The notes: generated by a model from the letters alone, not told the origin. Positions 13,701-24,860 are shown, numbered from the whole stretch's first letter. The stretch: DNA of 63,086 nt, filler included, from Hyphochytrium catenoides (GCA_900088475.1; 10 parts of 10 records of this genome joined end to end with filler, not necessarily neighbours in it), one strand, 5' to 3'. Translations and numbers: made by a program.

Positions 13701-14425
13701 GAGGAATCTACAGCCACGGCGCTCCTCGCTATCTCTCCCTTCTCCCTCAGACGCTGGTCGGAGGGAACTATGGCTGGAACGTCATCGTACAGTTAGGAGT
13801 GCGACGTCAGCGTGCTGCTCGCCTGATTCAGAGAGCATTCAAATGCTTCCTGGCGAGAAGAGAGAAGGAAAAATTGAAAGAGGCAAAGGAACAGAGAGTC
13901 CAGTTCTGCGCTGCCTTGCGGATCCAGTGCACGTGGAAGTCGTTTCTGCTAAGAAGAGTGAACAGAGGAAGAGCGGCGCTGCATGTGCAAGTGGAGAGAC
14001 TGCTTCGGAAAGTCGTGGACTCTCCTCGCGAGAGAGAGAAGAGAGGAAAGGAGTTTGAGACGGAGCTGACGCGTGCCACGGCTCAATATGTGCAGCAGCT
14101 CTATAACTCTATGGACTGGAAAGCAGGGTACATTCTCGACCATCAGAACAGTCAGAAACTGCACAGACAGCTAACAAAACTCTGTGGCAAGATCCATCGC
14201 GCTTTTCTAAGAGGAACGCTGAGAGTGTACCCCGTCACTCGCTCTTCTTCTCTCTCTTCCTTACCCTCGTCTCCTGCGCATAAGAGAGGGGACCTGCTTC
14301 TCTCTGGACAGAGGAAGACGAAGGGAAGAAGGAATATTGCGAGAAAGAAGAGCAAGCGGTGCTGCCTTCCCACGATTGACGAGAGCCAAGAGCACATGTT
14401 TGGACCGGTACAGGAGCAGTTTTGA
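10715..14425 (+). CDS. 1236-aa intronless protein: signal peptide, one TM helix, acidic disordered region, C-terminal IQ calmodulin-binding motifs
   Basis: Uninterrupted 3.7-kb ORF from an ATG. N-terminus 'MLGQTSFFLLLLSLCLCSLSLAEEE'; hydrophobic 'FRLVVCCAIVITLFLLSSSSFSSII' (~12292-12366); IQ-like 'AARLIQRAFKCFLARRE' and 'AALRIQCTWKSFLLRR' (~13810-13960). Confidence 0.8.
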   Translation: MLGQTSFFLLLLSLCLCSLSLAEEEENVSKVSRSREIENERDPSVFSLNDKRDSLIKKSATDHENLRSLLDPEILSRMALFRKAGEREREKGERERAFGREEEFHFNARLAEWMAVDVSREDQDLRSPTEQARALCTDSLSSGREKEREKSLSTLSFDRNCTEEVKGLFLDVAFLLDPLAKGFLSLPSSSSSPFRVRIGSRPGREIVFPLSLASSPLSNSPGPVKLAKSLAYRLCLRYDFSLLSCRELSHSAAQTAKLALREAKERENHMFDGLKEGEREQKKKEERETLSVLTKRDVLEKLLEGRREGKSDRILSLLNEATMTSCASLAAEEGMPLFFSQTQCEEPLQRLFSLSLFHTLEKDGVSLSSFHQEHSQLLLWACGVISATKKSLSPPPAAFLSSCTDLLLRKLQWLLSHVERREVTSQDEKKVEVEPQREEKEEREREKEVEVELVQEEAREEVETEQEAEAVLQTEEREEVETPAPRVSLVSDLSSLSLPNDEAMEEAKEKIEETEPRDVSFFSPLSFRLVVCCAIVITLFLLSSSSFSSIIALQRRDKVMHATEEDLQASLLIEREERALNAHLTLIPTKGRGHNEARRPLSLSKATAEVPVAPTGLREDGVEEEREDESGAVPVSLPNNQTEEAEDEASFSLLERVNSEEREEQMPKGERKEERQEGQRYTELEDLLDFLSNQQQAEEEVVKEKREREKEDKGKGEKSVFPLGPETGEEENQLDDVGASSTFLYRMELSGESGRLPLPEPERAFMGSVLSPATLPLSSTSHLSGVSLKSPMTDKEKHAQQPQDQEEEGSLPEGNQETEQQQEEEKERETMENVEDEEENFEDSLTLEMELPDDDDIFIDMEATVIDMEATEEGVQRREEPDLIPLIYSEARETPALASAPQPVEREEERQTPGEPTSPSTPALESSAVSQEQRETTEEMEKREEEAKEIKMSRKSQEENEKDGSDLLRKILASPGEPRPQPSFVSQVACMYSQERGIYSHGAPRYLSLLPQTLVGGNYGWNVIVQLGVRRQRAARLIQRAFKCFLARREKEKLKEAKEQRVQFCAALRIQCTWKSFLLRRVNRGRAALHVQVERLLRKVVDSPREREKRGKEFETELTRATAQYVQQLYNSMDWKAGYILDHQNSQKLHRQLTKLCGKIHRAFLRGTLRVYPVTRSSSLSSLPSSPAHKRGDLLLSGQRKTKGRRNIARKKSKRCCLPTIDESQEHMFGPVQEQF

Positions 14426-15031
14426 GCCGAGAACATTAAGCATCTGCCGGCCGCTCCCGCTCTCGATTCTTCGCCTTTTCTCTCCCTCTTTCTCTCTTCG
14501 TTCCTGGGGCATCAGCCTTCTCTCATGTTCTACTCTGTCTGCTACTTTTTGACCGCTGGTCCTTACATATTTATGCTATTTATAGCTCTGGGAGGAAGAA
14601 AGCCTCCCCTTAGCGATTAGCTCTGCATCACTAGTTTAAAAGGCTATCGGCTAAGTCTAAGAGGATTCAATAGAGTTGTACCATATGTAACTATGGCTGA
14701 TGTCCTTGGAAGTCGACTACCACCTCAAAGTGTATCCCCTATGCCTTGCTAATGGTTCTCGAAAAGGGAAATGCATGTGCTAGCTAAGGTTCTACTCTCC
14801 GGCAGCGTCTTCGTCCATAAGGAGGTGGTGCCAGGATAAGGGGACAGAGAGGCAAGAGCCAAAGTAACATACTTTGTGCGGAAGAGAACTAAGGAGCAGT
14901 TGCTTGCCTGTGGAGCGGATTGCTTTTAGCTTTTTGTCTAAGGTTGGTTGAACAGTGTTACCGGTAGTACCACTATCGATTCTCCTCCTCGTGCTAACTC
15001 ACTCATATATCTAAACTCTTAATAGACTTTC

Positions 15032-18000
15032 TCAAGCTGGAGCTCTAGAGTTTCTGGGGTTTCGTGGACACTTTGTCTCTATGAGGTGATAGCGCCAACC
15101 ATCCTCACCAGGCGGCGTATTCTTGTGACACAATGGACACCTTTATGGGGAATCGAACGAAGAGCGATAAAGTTAGTTGGACGGACAAGAGAGTCTAGAA
15201 CTTCACGAAGAGAGGACAATGACAAGAAGGGAAAAATTCGTCCAGGAAAGTTCATCATACCGGTTGCCATTCTCGGGTTCCGGTGCAGGCGGGCAATCTT
15301 TCCGTTGCACGTGGTTAGCATGGTGTTCAACATTGATCGCTTCTCGGCACCTTGGACATTGCTTGTGCTGGTTCTGCAGCGATATCGAGACATTAGATCC
15401 GTTACATGGGTGCGTTCTCATCTTCGCCAAGTGACGTAGGCTTAAGGTCCTACTAAAGTTTACTGCAATCTGCTGCCCTTCACACTTGTAAGCGAAAGAA
15501 ACTCTTTCCACTTCTCTGAACTTATTGACGCGTCCCCGCTATCTCTGTCGTGCTTCCTTTCTCACTCCGTATTACACCAGCATCCTTGCCCCAATATCCG
15601 ACCTTACTCCGCTGTGCCTTCATTCGTGCAGTCTTTCGCACCTGATACTCGCACTCCGTTAGCAAATGTTCATTCAGACAGGAGACCTCAATCACTTGTC
15701 CACACTGCCCGCAAGTGGCTAGCATGAGGCAGTCTTGCCAGTAATGCAGATCCAGCCCTTCCTCGTTAAACGACTCGTCATAGGTTCCACAGAACTGACA
15801 GGTGAACTCTGGCACATCCTCGCCTTGGTCTCCAGCGGGGTCGTCCTGACAACGGAAAGAGTAGTATGAGTGCCCTCAAATTGCAAGCACAGGATAAATG
15901 GAGGGCATGTAAAGACGATTGAACTCTCCCTCTGGACCTCGACACTATAGGAGAGACATATCGTAAAGCTCTATGAATCGATTAGGAAAAAAAAAAGAGA
16001 GTGAGCAGGCCAGCTGCTGTAAGGACATGGCGGGTCTACGGATTGCGGACAAGTCGACGATATAGCGGGAGAAGAACGATAACCGGAGAAGAGTCAAGTG
16101 GCATACCGTTCTCTCTGCCGGCTGGACCGCCTGCGGCTGTGCTCGACTGGACGAGGCCGTCTGAGGAGGCTTGTTCTGTTGCCTTGCGGTGTTGGGTCGA
16201 GGTGTCTTTCCTCCTCCTTCAAAGTACGCCCGGTACTCTTCGACCTGCTTGGCCTTAAGGAACGGAAGCTCATTTTCTACGGCCTGGGGTCCATACAACT
16301 GCCGGTCGAGCAAGGGCCAAACGGTATACATCAGACAAGGGATGATGCAAGCCATGGAAGAGTCAAAAGCCGGAGAGCAGTATCAGTGGCCAGGCAGGCC
16401 TGGCTTCGGAGCAGCAGCTCTTTTGAAGAAAGACTGGCAAGGTCATGGAAGAGCTCTAACGGAGGATCCTCTAGCGTAGGTGTGTTGGACAAGATCAACG
16501 CCCCTACCTTATACAAGGCCATCATGACCTCTTTTACACCGTCTCTGATTTGAGCGTTGGCATGATTAAAGCCGTTATGTTCTTGCATGAAGGTAATAAT
16601 AGGCTGGCATAGGCATAAGGTGAGAATATGGTGAGATCTGTGCGCTCAGTATTAGTTCTTTCTCCCCCATCTGCCCACTCCTCCCTTGCGGTCTCGTCAA
16701 TAAGCTCAAAACCTTAACTACCTTCATCCTCGTCAACCTCCACCTTATGGTCAATCCATGAGAATGGTACGCCTATCTTCCCCCGCTTGCGCCTCTCAAC
16801 CTCTCTCCTCCTCTCAGTAACAGACAAGTAAGCTATTGTCGTCCTTACCCCTGGACCAGAGCTTTGATCCTGCGTGCTATTCAGGACTTTAGTTACGGCT
16901 TGAAGGCGAGATAGCAGGGGCCGCCACGCCGTCGATTGTTTTGGCAATCCCCTCAAAAGGTGTGGAAGGACAAAGGACGCGCCAAGAAGAGGAGAAGATG
17001 CCATCTAGTGCGAAGAAGAAGAAAGTCCGTGTGACCACAGCGCACTCAGCAGCCTAGACTAGCTGAAGGCCAGCAAGGCAAGGCAGTTCTATGCCAAATC
17101 AAAGTGACTCAAGGGAGAAGAGAGAGCAAAGGACAAAAGCAGAGAGAAGAACGAGACTTGTGATAAACGTAAGACCAGGGCCATTGAGCCAAGCAAAAGA
17201 TTCCGCGTCCTATCTATCGCTAACGGAGGGCTTGCTGGCCGACGAAGTACCTGAACAAGTGCAACTTCTGCCCCGTCGCGAATCCGCGGTTGCGCATCTC
17301 CTAACTTTGAGACCAGGATGCCTGCCACAGGATCCATCTATGGGAAGTGAGTGAGTCATAGAATATAGATGACGGCCAGCGATGAGCTCATAATAGAGAT
17401 ATGTACATATACAGCGAGGATTCGAGAATGCCAGGGCAGATCATCTTACCAGCGGAACAGTTTGCTGTCTTCGAAGAACACCCAAGCCCAGAATCTTTTC
17501 CTGGAGCTGCAGAGAGGAGACAAGTACCTAAATCATATCAACGACGCGATGAGTAAAACGCACAGTTGTGTTTATCTGGAATCTCTCCTTCGCATCCTTT
17601 GTTGAAGGCGTTACTCTTTACTTCCTCTTTAGATCCCTTGTCTGACGTGGTCATCCCACGATATTGTGTCCAAACTCACCTGTGGCACTTTCTCATTATG
17701 GCCAAGCGACAGCACCGAGCATGCTGCGGATATTGTTTGCTGTGCTGTTCCAGGATCCATTGAGTCTAGCTCTAACGTGACCTTCTGTACGGCGGCATCC
17801 CTGAGAGACCACGTCTTGCTATAAAGACAACGCGCGACATATTCGCCAAACACGTTGATGATGGGTTGCGCGGCCTTGTGAAGAAGAATTAACGTTACAG
17901 AATGCTATCACATGTGTTCAACGTAAACCTAGCCCTTCTCTCTGGGACTTGAGGAATGCTATCACATAAAGTTAAGGGCTGTGACACCCACCTTTTCATC

Positions 18001-20635
18001 ATTGGCAGAGAGCTGATCGGGCTCGGGCAGGCCCTCAGACCCGCTAACTCCGGCAAGAGGGTTTACACCTTGCCAAGAAGGCGCCTTTCCATTCCCTCCA
18101 GGTGAAGGGTAGTCGGGATTCCTAACAGCAAAGCCAGCGCTATTTGGCCCTTCTCTTCCTTCTCCTCTTGCGTTGGTGAGGGTTGGTAGTGGCCTATCTG
18201 CAGGGTAATCATTCATCATCCTCTGCCCATGTGCTGACAGATTACTCCGAGCAGAGCCGTTGATTGACGACTCGTCAAGAGTGACTGGCATCGCGTTATA
18301 GGACGAACTTCCTTCCTGCCACCCTCCACGGGCTGGCTGTTGAAAGAGGGGAACTTGGGCCGGGGCTTGCGCTGGATATGATCCGGCATGCTGACTGAAA
18401 GAACTAGGCGGCCTCTGTTGCTGCTGTGTAGGTGGGGCATTTTGATTCTTCACCTGGTCAACAAGATTAAAGCAGCAAGGAGAAAACAATAAATGAGGTA
18501 CGGAACATGCATATTGTCGATTGCTGAGTCCCACTTAGGGGTTCAGTTGCGTCCAAATTGAATGGGAACATGGAGGAATATGTGCACACGCATAACAAAG
18601 TTCACTCCACATGCATAGCCCAGGACAACGTTAGAATAAAGAGCGCAGATCCGCACGAGTTATCAACGTTGCTCGGCCCTCTTCCCGATGGTATGCACGA
18701 GTGTTAGGTGAAGGTACCACGTAAGTCGCGGAGGAACGGCAGAGACATGAACACACACATCACTCGTCTGTACCAATTGTAATATGGCTGGATGCGCTTT
18801 GATCTTGTCCTCTATAACTCCCTTGACCGTATCCATCTCCCGCTTCATATCCTGAGCCAGGTCATAATCTTCTTTTGAGACTGCCTGCCTTTTCTGTATG
18901 TCGAGCTGGGCAAGCTTGATGCCAAGGGACTTAAGCTCCTCCTCCAGCGCCTTCAGCTTCTTAGCCTGAAGTTAAGGAAGGGATGTTTTAAGGGATATGT
19001 TGCACTCCCAGCGATAACATAAAGTAGCATAGCTCTCTGAATGGAGCCTCGCCCTTGGCCATTCCCTCTCTAGAGTGGCATCAAGAGCTACATTCGTCGT
19101 CCTCCCTCATGTCTAAGCGTATCAAGTCTAAGTTTCTAGATGAGTTTTTTTCCAAGCACACCTGCTCATACTCTTCCGCTTTCACAGCAGCTTCTTTGGC
19201 TTGAAAGACAATTTTGATCTTTGCGGCTGTCTCTTGGTCCATATTCATATCCACCGCCAGATCGTCTAGAGCAGACGGCTTCGCAAAAGGCGCAGGGACA
19301 AGCCCAGGGGTTGTAACTCGTCCTCCCACTCCGGGAATAGCAGGTACCGAAGCATGAAGAGGTTCTCCGAGTACGTTGATGGCTATCAAGCCGACCTTTC
19401 AATAGCCGAGAAAGTGGTGAGCACAGTGAGAAGCAGCAGCTAGGACGGAAAGACGGTAGCAGCTGTAATGCAGAAGAGTGATGAAGGGAAAGACTGAACC
19501 ACAGTTACCTGGTTGAAGAGATTATACTTGTTAACATAACACTGGTGAATAAGCAGCTTGACAAAGTTGCCGATCTTGTCGATGTAAACAGACTTCAACT
19601 CCCTGGCCTAACAAGCAGGAAGGGAACCATTCAGAAGCATTAGCAAGAGGCAGACTGGAGGAGAAACCGTTGAGGAAAGATAAAGAGCACGGTGTAATGA
19701 GAGAATGCATTTACCTGATAATCTGTCTTCTCATTGCTGTTCAGAGATAAATACCTTTAGGGAGAAATACGGAGTCAGCGCGCGAAAAATCTAGGTACTT
19801 CTTCCCCTCTTGAACACCTCCGCTCTCTTGTCTCACTGTCTCTCTCAGGGTGTGCTCATGTGCGCTGAGACTTACCCGAGTCTGTCAAACTTCACTTCCT
19901 CAAGAAATTGGCCTTGACCTATGAAGACTTCAATCTTGGTTGCGATCTTGCTCTGGTGCGAGAGTATTTGGAGCTGAACGCAGCGTTACAAAGGCAGGGT
20001 AAGGCTTTCAGCTGCAGGTCAAGCGCCGTAACCCTGACTCTGTTAAGCTCACTTCTTCGCCTAGCTCTATTTGGTCCTGGCCCGCCAATCGGACAACTTG
20101 CTCGCTGGTCCCCTTACTAATTATCGCCTCACTAGCCACTCTACTGTCTTTCTGGGAACCCATAGTACCTGCGTGATTCTTGATGATCCGTCTGTGAGAC
20201 GGAGAGAGATCTCCTGCGGCCATTCGCAGAACCTGCATCATAGGGACAGATTAGGAGAGGGAACTGAACCAAAACAAGGGATAATTGAGGAGAGAGAGGT
20301 ACGTAGACCTACCTAGGGCTCTGCCAGCCCCGAGTTTGGGGCCCATGAACGTTTAGTTCAGAAGCAGGATACTCAGGATCCTGGCCTGCGCAGAGTATAT
20401 ATATATATAAATAGCGAAAGCAGGTAGGTTGTAGTATAAGGGCAAGCCTTGAGGAGCGGACAGACTGCTCAGCATGGACACCATGGCGCAAGGTAAGAGG
20501 ACAAGAAAGAAGGGGTAATGTAGATAATCCCTTGCTAGGAATGTTGACGTTACACAAAGATTGCTTCGTCGGCGACATTCTGAGAAGAGCTGCTCTACCT
20601 GAGCAGGAGGCAACTTCAAACTTTAGCTTGCTCAT
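15032..20635 (-). CDS. CEP104: Centrosomal/ciliary-tip protein CEP104 (FAP256), about 17 exons
   Basis: Spliced translation shows the jelly-roll N-terminus 'MSKLKFEVASCSG|QDPEYPASELNVHGPQTRGWQSPR|FCEWPQEI..LQILSHQSKIATKIEVFIG..ARELKSVYI..YNLFNQVGLIAINVLG', UVR-like coiled coils (EEYEQAKKLK, EDYDLA), a TOG domain (CLYSKTWSLRDAA) and C-terminal Zn fingers (CQFCG..LDLHYWQDC..C..C..EHLL.EC; CPRC; CPLCH..W..HL...C..NPR). TGA stop at 15032-15034. Confidence 0.95.
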
Positions 20636-21499
20636 GTGAGGAGGATATAACTGGGAGCACCTCGCCTAGTAAGACGAGGGCAGCTGAAGGACCTGTGCCA
20701 TGCTGAGGAAGCGAGCTTCGAACTCTGGGCTCGCTTGATTGAGCACTTTAGGACGGAGTCTAGGAATCTCTTACGCTCTATCCCCCTCGACGAAAACGGC
20801 TAAGCTTTCAGAGATTCCTCCTGGCTTGTAGCCCTCAAAAATGTAGTCTACCTCTCCGCAAAGTAAGACACTAGAGCAAGTAGGAGTAGCTGCTGGCCCG
20901 TAGAAGGAAGGAAAAAAGATTGGAAACAGCCATATACAGTGTGATTAGCAGGAAGCGCAGCAGGAGGAGGAGTCTAACAACCTTCTAGCCCTTGCACGAC
21001 CGCTGCGAACTCTGGCTGATCCTGGCACTAAGCAGGAGCTAGCGACAAACAGTGCGAACCGACGGCTGCTGCGTGTCAACTCTTTAGAAGGGGGAAAGAA
21101 TGCATTGACAAGCGCTGACAAGACCTTTGTTTTTCATAAAAAAGAGGACAGACAGATGTGGAGATCGAGAGACAGAGGCCGGGAATGAGAGACAGAGTCA
21201 AACATTAGAAGAGGCTACGAAGCTCGAGAGCTTGAGGGAGACACGTCAATGGGGCGGGATCGCGACTGATGAGCTGATGAGTGATGAGAAGTCGAAGCAA
21301 AGACGAGGAGCAACGCTTTGTCATTTTGTCATGGTCAGATTGCTGATCAGGCACTAAAATCGCCAATTCACACCGCCTCTATCCTTGATGTGAATGACTA
21401 ATTCAAAAAGAAAATACTATTCGGTTACCATATTGCGGTAACTACACCTGAGGGAGTGCTCTTGATTTTATACGGGAAGGAGTTCACTCTTCCACTTGA

Positions 21500-22716
21500 C
21501 TAGTTGATCTTGAACCCTTTAGTTCTCCGTTCCATCCTTCGTGCCTACGAGGATAGTTCTACGCCAGCGTTGGAGGATTCAGTGTGGCTTCATCAGTCTC
21601 GAGTGGGAGGTGTCGGTGTGAGCCATACGCAATCGATCTTCAAAGAGGCCTACATCGGCTCGTCGGGTGCAAACTCGTGATGACATCCGGGCTGCCCTTC
21701 TTCACCGCCCTCTGGATGCCTTCCGGCTATGTGGATCTTCGTTTGGCCCTCACTGCACACAACGCGGAAGTAGATGGGCATAAGACATTAGAGGAGATAC
21801 TCCAGTCTCAGGGCAACGTCCAGAGGCTTCTGTCTGAGGAAGTTTGGATCACAAACGCGACCAGCTACAAGCCCGAGCGGTACGCCTTCGTGATCGAGCA
21901 CGGCGAAGGACGGCAGGGATGAACACGCGGGTCCTGGGTTGGATCAAAGAATACGGGACTCCCGCATCTACCGCCTCATGCTCCGACGACGATACCTGGG
22001 GGTACCGATCCTCGATGCGCCAGGGCGGTTCAAATTGTGCCACTGGGACTTTTTTGACGTGTTTGTTGGGGGCCATGCGATGGTCTGCAGCTTAGCCCGT
22101 CGATGTATGACGGTACGTCATGATGGCTTAGGGGACCTTCTCCTAGGCCTAGCTCGTTCGGCAGGACTTTTGGCCAGAGGTGAACCTCCCGATAGGGTAT
22201 TACCCTATGGTCATCGCCCAGGCGACCTGGCCATTGCGGAATTTGAGCCTCAAAGAGTCTGCACGGTCTTTGACGTTACTGCCTCCGACTCGCTGCAATT
22301 CAACACCCTACCTCATGCAGCGGCTCGGACAGGATACATCGCAGGGGATGCCCATAGGAGGAAAATTGCCTTTTACGCCGAGGAGTGCGAGGATCAAGGC
22401 TATGGTTTCCGGCCCTTGGCGTGGGAGTCCTTTGGCGGGGCAAGGGAGACCGTTCATCATTCGACCCTGAAAGAATGGCTTAGAGCTATCTTTGACAGGT
22501 GTGGGAGTGTGGGTCTTCCTCTCTCATGTCTCACTACCACCGCTTACAGACGTATCTCAGTCCTCTTACAGCGGTGCAATGCAGAGATGGCCTTCCATCG
22601 AATGCCCCTGCCTGCGCATATTGAGAAATCGCTCTTGGGTCAGTTTCCAGATGCCGGTGCCGGAGGGCTTCTCTAGTGGTGATGGAGGACAAGTCTATGG
22701 TACACCTGCATAAAGT
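21500..22716 (+). mobile_element. Decayed, 5'-truncated CRE-like non-LTR retrotransposon (RT thumb remnant, Zn knuckle, restriction-like endonuclease)
   Basis: ORF 21939-22676 contains 'RLMLRRRYLGVP..GGHAMVC..RHDGLGD..EP..RPGD..FDVT..RKIAFY..FRPLAWESFGG..RRISVLLQRCNAEM', the typical RLE C-terminus of the CRE clade. Upstream lies the frameshifted remnant 'SVWLHQSRVGGVG'. Confidence 0.85.
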
Positions 22717-22759
22717 CTACTATGTATAGATATCCAATTATTAGTTTCTCCTACTGGTA

Positions 22760-23010
22760 ACTTTATGCAGGTGTACCATAGATTTCTGTCTACCACCACT
22801 AGAGAGGCCCTCCAGCAACAGCTCCGGAGGAAAGCTGGCCCAGGACCGCATTCTCATGGCAGGGGCATTCGATGGAAGGCCATCTCTGCATTGCACCGCT
22901 ATGAGAGGACTGAGATACGTCTGTAGGCGGTGGCTGAGACATGAGAGAGGAAGACCTACACTCCTACACTTGTCAAAGATAGCCCTAAGCCATTCTTTCA
23001 GGTCGAATGA
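22760..23010 (-). mobile_element. Inverted ~250-bp 3' fragment of the same CRE-like family
   Basis: The reverse complement aligns by eye with 22457-22716 ('tcattcgacc.tgaaagaatggcttag...ctatggtacacctgcataaagt') with scattered substitutions and indels. Confidence 0.9.
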
Positions 23011-23329
23011 ACTGTCTCCGTTATTGTACTGTCTCACCAGCTTTCCCCTTTTTATCTTGAGATATACAGATCTGCATACATACATCCTAGAGTACTTTAT
23101 CCACTTATCAACTTCTTTCTTATACGAGATGTAGAAAGAAGAAGAAAGAGAGTGAAGAGGAAAAAGGGAGCCGAAAATGGCTTTGTATGTAGCTCTTCTT
23201 GTTGTCTCCTTTTCTTCCTCTTCTTCCTCTTTCTTGTTAATCATTTTCTCCTCCTCCTCCTTCGGAGTGGTAAGGCCTCATATATTAGTGGCGATTCACT
23301 TAGCGCCAAAAGAAAGGGAAGTTAGCTTT

Positions 23330-24169
23330 TATTGTGCTCTAACTTCGACCTCCGTCTACGAGCTTTCCTCGCTCGACTACTGGGCCTTCCTTCTCTTTCG
23401 GAGGCAGTTTGGCAACAAGCTATCCTCCCCGTCCACCTGGGCGGCCTGGGTCTTGCGTCTGCCGCCTGCCTGGCGATTCCTGCTTACATTGGGTCCTTGG
23501 GTGCCTCGGCCCAGTTAATCAAACACCTGCTACGCATGCCGGACGCCGAGGGTTACTCTCCTCGGTTAGCTGACGAGTTGCTCGACGCCTTCTGGAATTC
23601 GCTTGAAGTCACTGACGCGGAAGTGCGTGTGCCCTTCTCTCGTCTCATCTCTCGAGAAGAGACTAAACTTCAGCATTATCTATCACAGTTTGTTTGGTCG
23701 GCCTCGGCCAAGGCCCTGTTGTCTCGCGCTGACTTGGACCTGCGCGCGAGGAGGGCTCGCTTACGTGCCACTTCTCTCCCGCATGCCGGGGCTTTCCTTC
23801 GGGCTGCCCCTATTCCTTGGCTGCAGCTGAGGATTTGGTCCCCTTTGGTTTTCCGGGTCATGCTGTGGCGCTTCTTAATTAGGAATCCCTCTTGTGCGGT
23901 CTTCTGTCTCTCTTCCTTGTCAGACCTGCTCTTGCCCTTTGGATGGAGATCATGGTATCGTCTGTTGCCGCGGTGGTGGCGCTAATCAGCGTCATCGTCG
24001 TGTTCAAGAAATTCTATTTCATGCTTTTCGGGACTCTGGCCTCAAAGTCTCTCGTGAACCCCGTCACCTCCTTCCGGGGTCAAATCTGAAACCGGGAGAC
24101 CTGTTGGTTTGCGGCTTCTCGGACTCTTATCAACATACGGCTTTCGATGTGTCCATCACGGACTCGCTG
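23330..24169 (+). mobile_element. Second CRE-like non-LTR retrotransposon fragment from a different subfamily, cut by the scaffold end
   Basis: 'FDLRLRAFLARLLG..VWQQAILPVHLGGLGLASA..AYIGS' (RT thumb) and 'RARLRATSLPHAGAFL', then a frameshift near 23880 into 'CQTCSCPLDGDHGIVCCRGGGANQRH..EPRHLL..KPGDLL..FDVSITD' (CCHC and RLE). Confidence 0.88.
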
Positions 24170-24269
24170 NNNNNNNNNNNNNNNNNNNNNNNNNNNNNNN
24201 NNNNNNNNNNNNNTTAATTAATTAANNNNNNNNNNNNNNNNNNNNNNNNNNNNNNNNNNNNNNNNNNNN
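24170..24269. other. Artificial scaffold linker (44N-TTAATTAATTAA-44N); also at 35730, 44856, 46149, 47379, 49248, 50822, 58550 and 61657
   Basis: The same 100-bp spacer with an all-frame stop cassette occurs nine times. Confidence 0.99.
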
Positions 24270-24633
24270 GGAGGAGAACTAGCAGCAGCGTCAGTGGTGG
24301 CTCGAGAAAGGGGAAGAGATGAAAGGGAGGACGAAGAAGAAGAGAGTGCAGAGCAGCAAGAAAGGGAGCAGAAGGGGCCAACCGGGATACTTTCACTTTT
24401 TATAAAATGCTGTTCTATCTATATTTTGGGGTTGATGTGGCCTTTATTATGAAGAAAATTAGTAGAGAGTGTGAAATCGACTATTGTTTGAAGAAGATGA
24501 AAGAAGCAAATATGTACTTGTACTACGAAGCAACAAAAGAGAATGGAGAAAGAGCTAAAATAGGCCAAGAAGAAAGAAGGAAGATCAGAGTAGCAGGACC
24601 CTTTGGCAAGAAACTGAACTTATTATTTATTGC

Positions 24634-24860
24634 TACTACTTTTATTATCCAGTTTTAAGAATTAAAGAAGTACTACAAATCTCTACACTACCATCCTAGG
24701 AATAAACCTACCACTAGTTCTGACGCTTTCTTGAAGCCGATTACTACTTTTATTATCCAGTTTTAAAAAGAATTAAAGAAGTACTACAAATCTCTACACT
24801 ACCATCCTAGGAAAAAAACCTACCACTAGTTCTTACGCTTTCTTGAAGCCGATTACTACT
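24634..24860. repeat. Direct tandem duplication with a ~108-112 bp unit, two copies plus a few bases of a third
   Basis: 'tactacttttattatccagtttta...gctttcttgaagccgat' starts at 24634 and again at 24742, nearly identical. Confidence 0.95.

Noticed and set aside
21423-21443. gttacc-N7-ggtaac palindrome upstream of CEP104 resembling an RFX X-box
   Set aside because: The spacer is too long for an X-box, the site is ~800 bp from the start codon, and short palindromes arise by chance.
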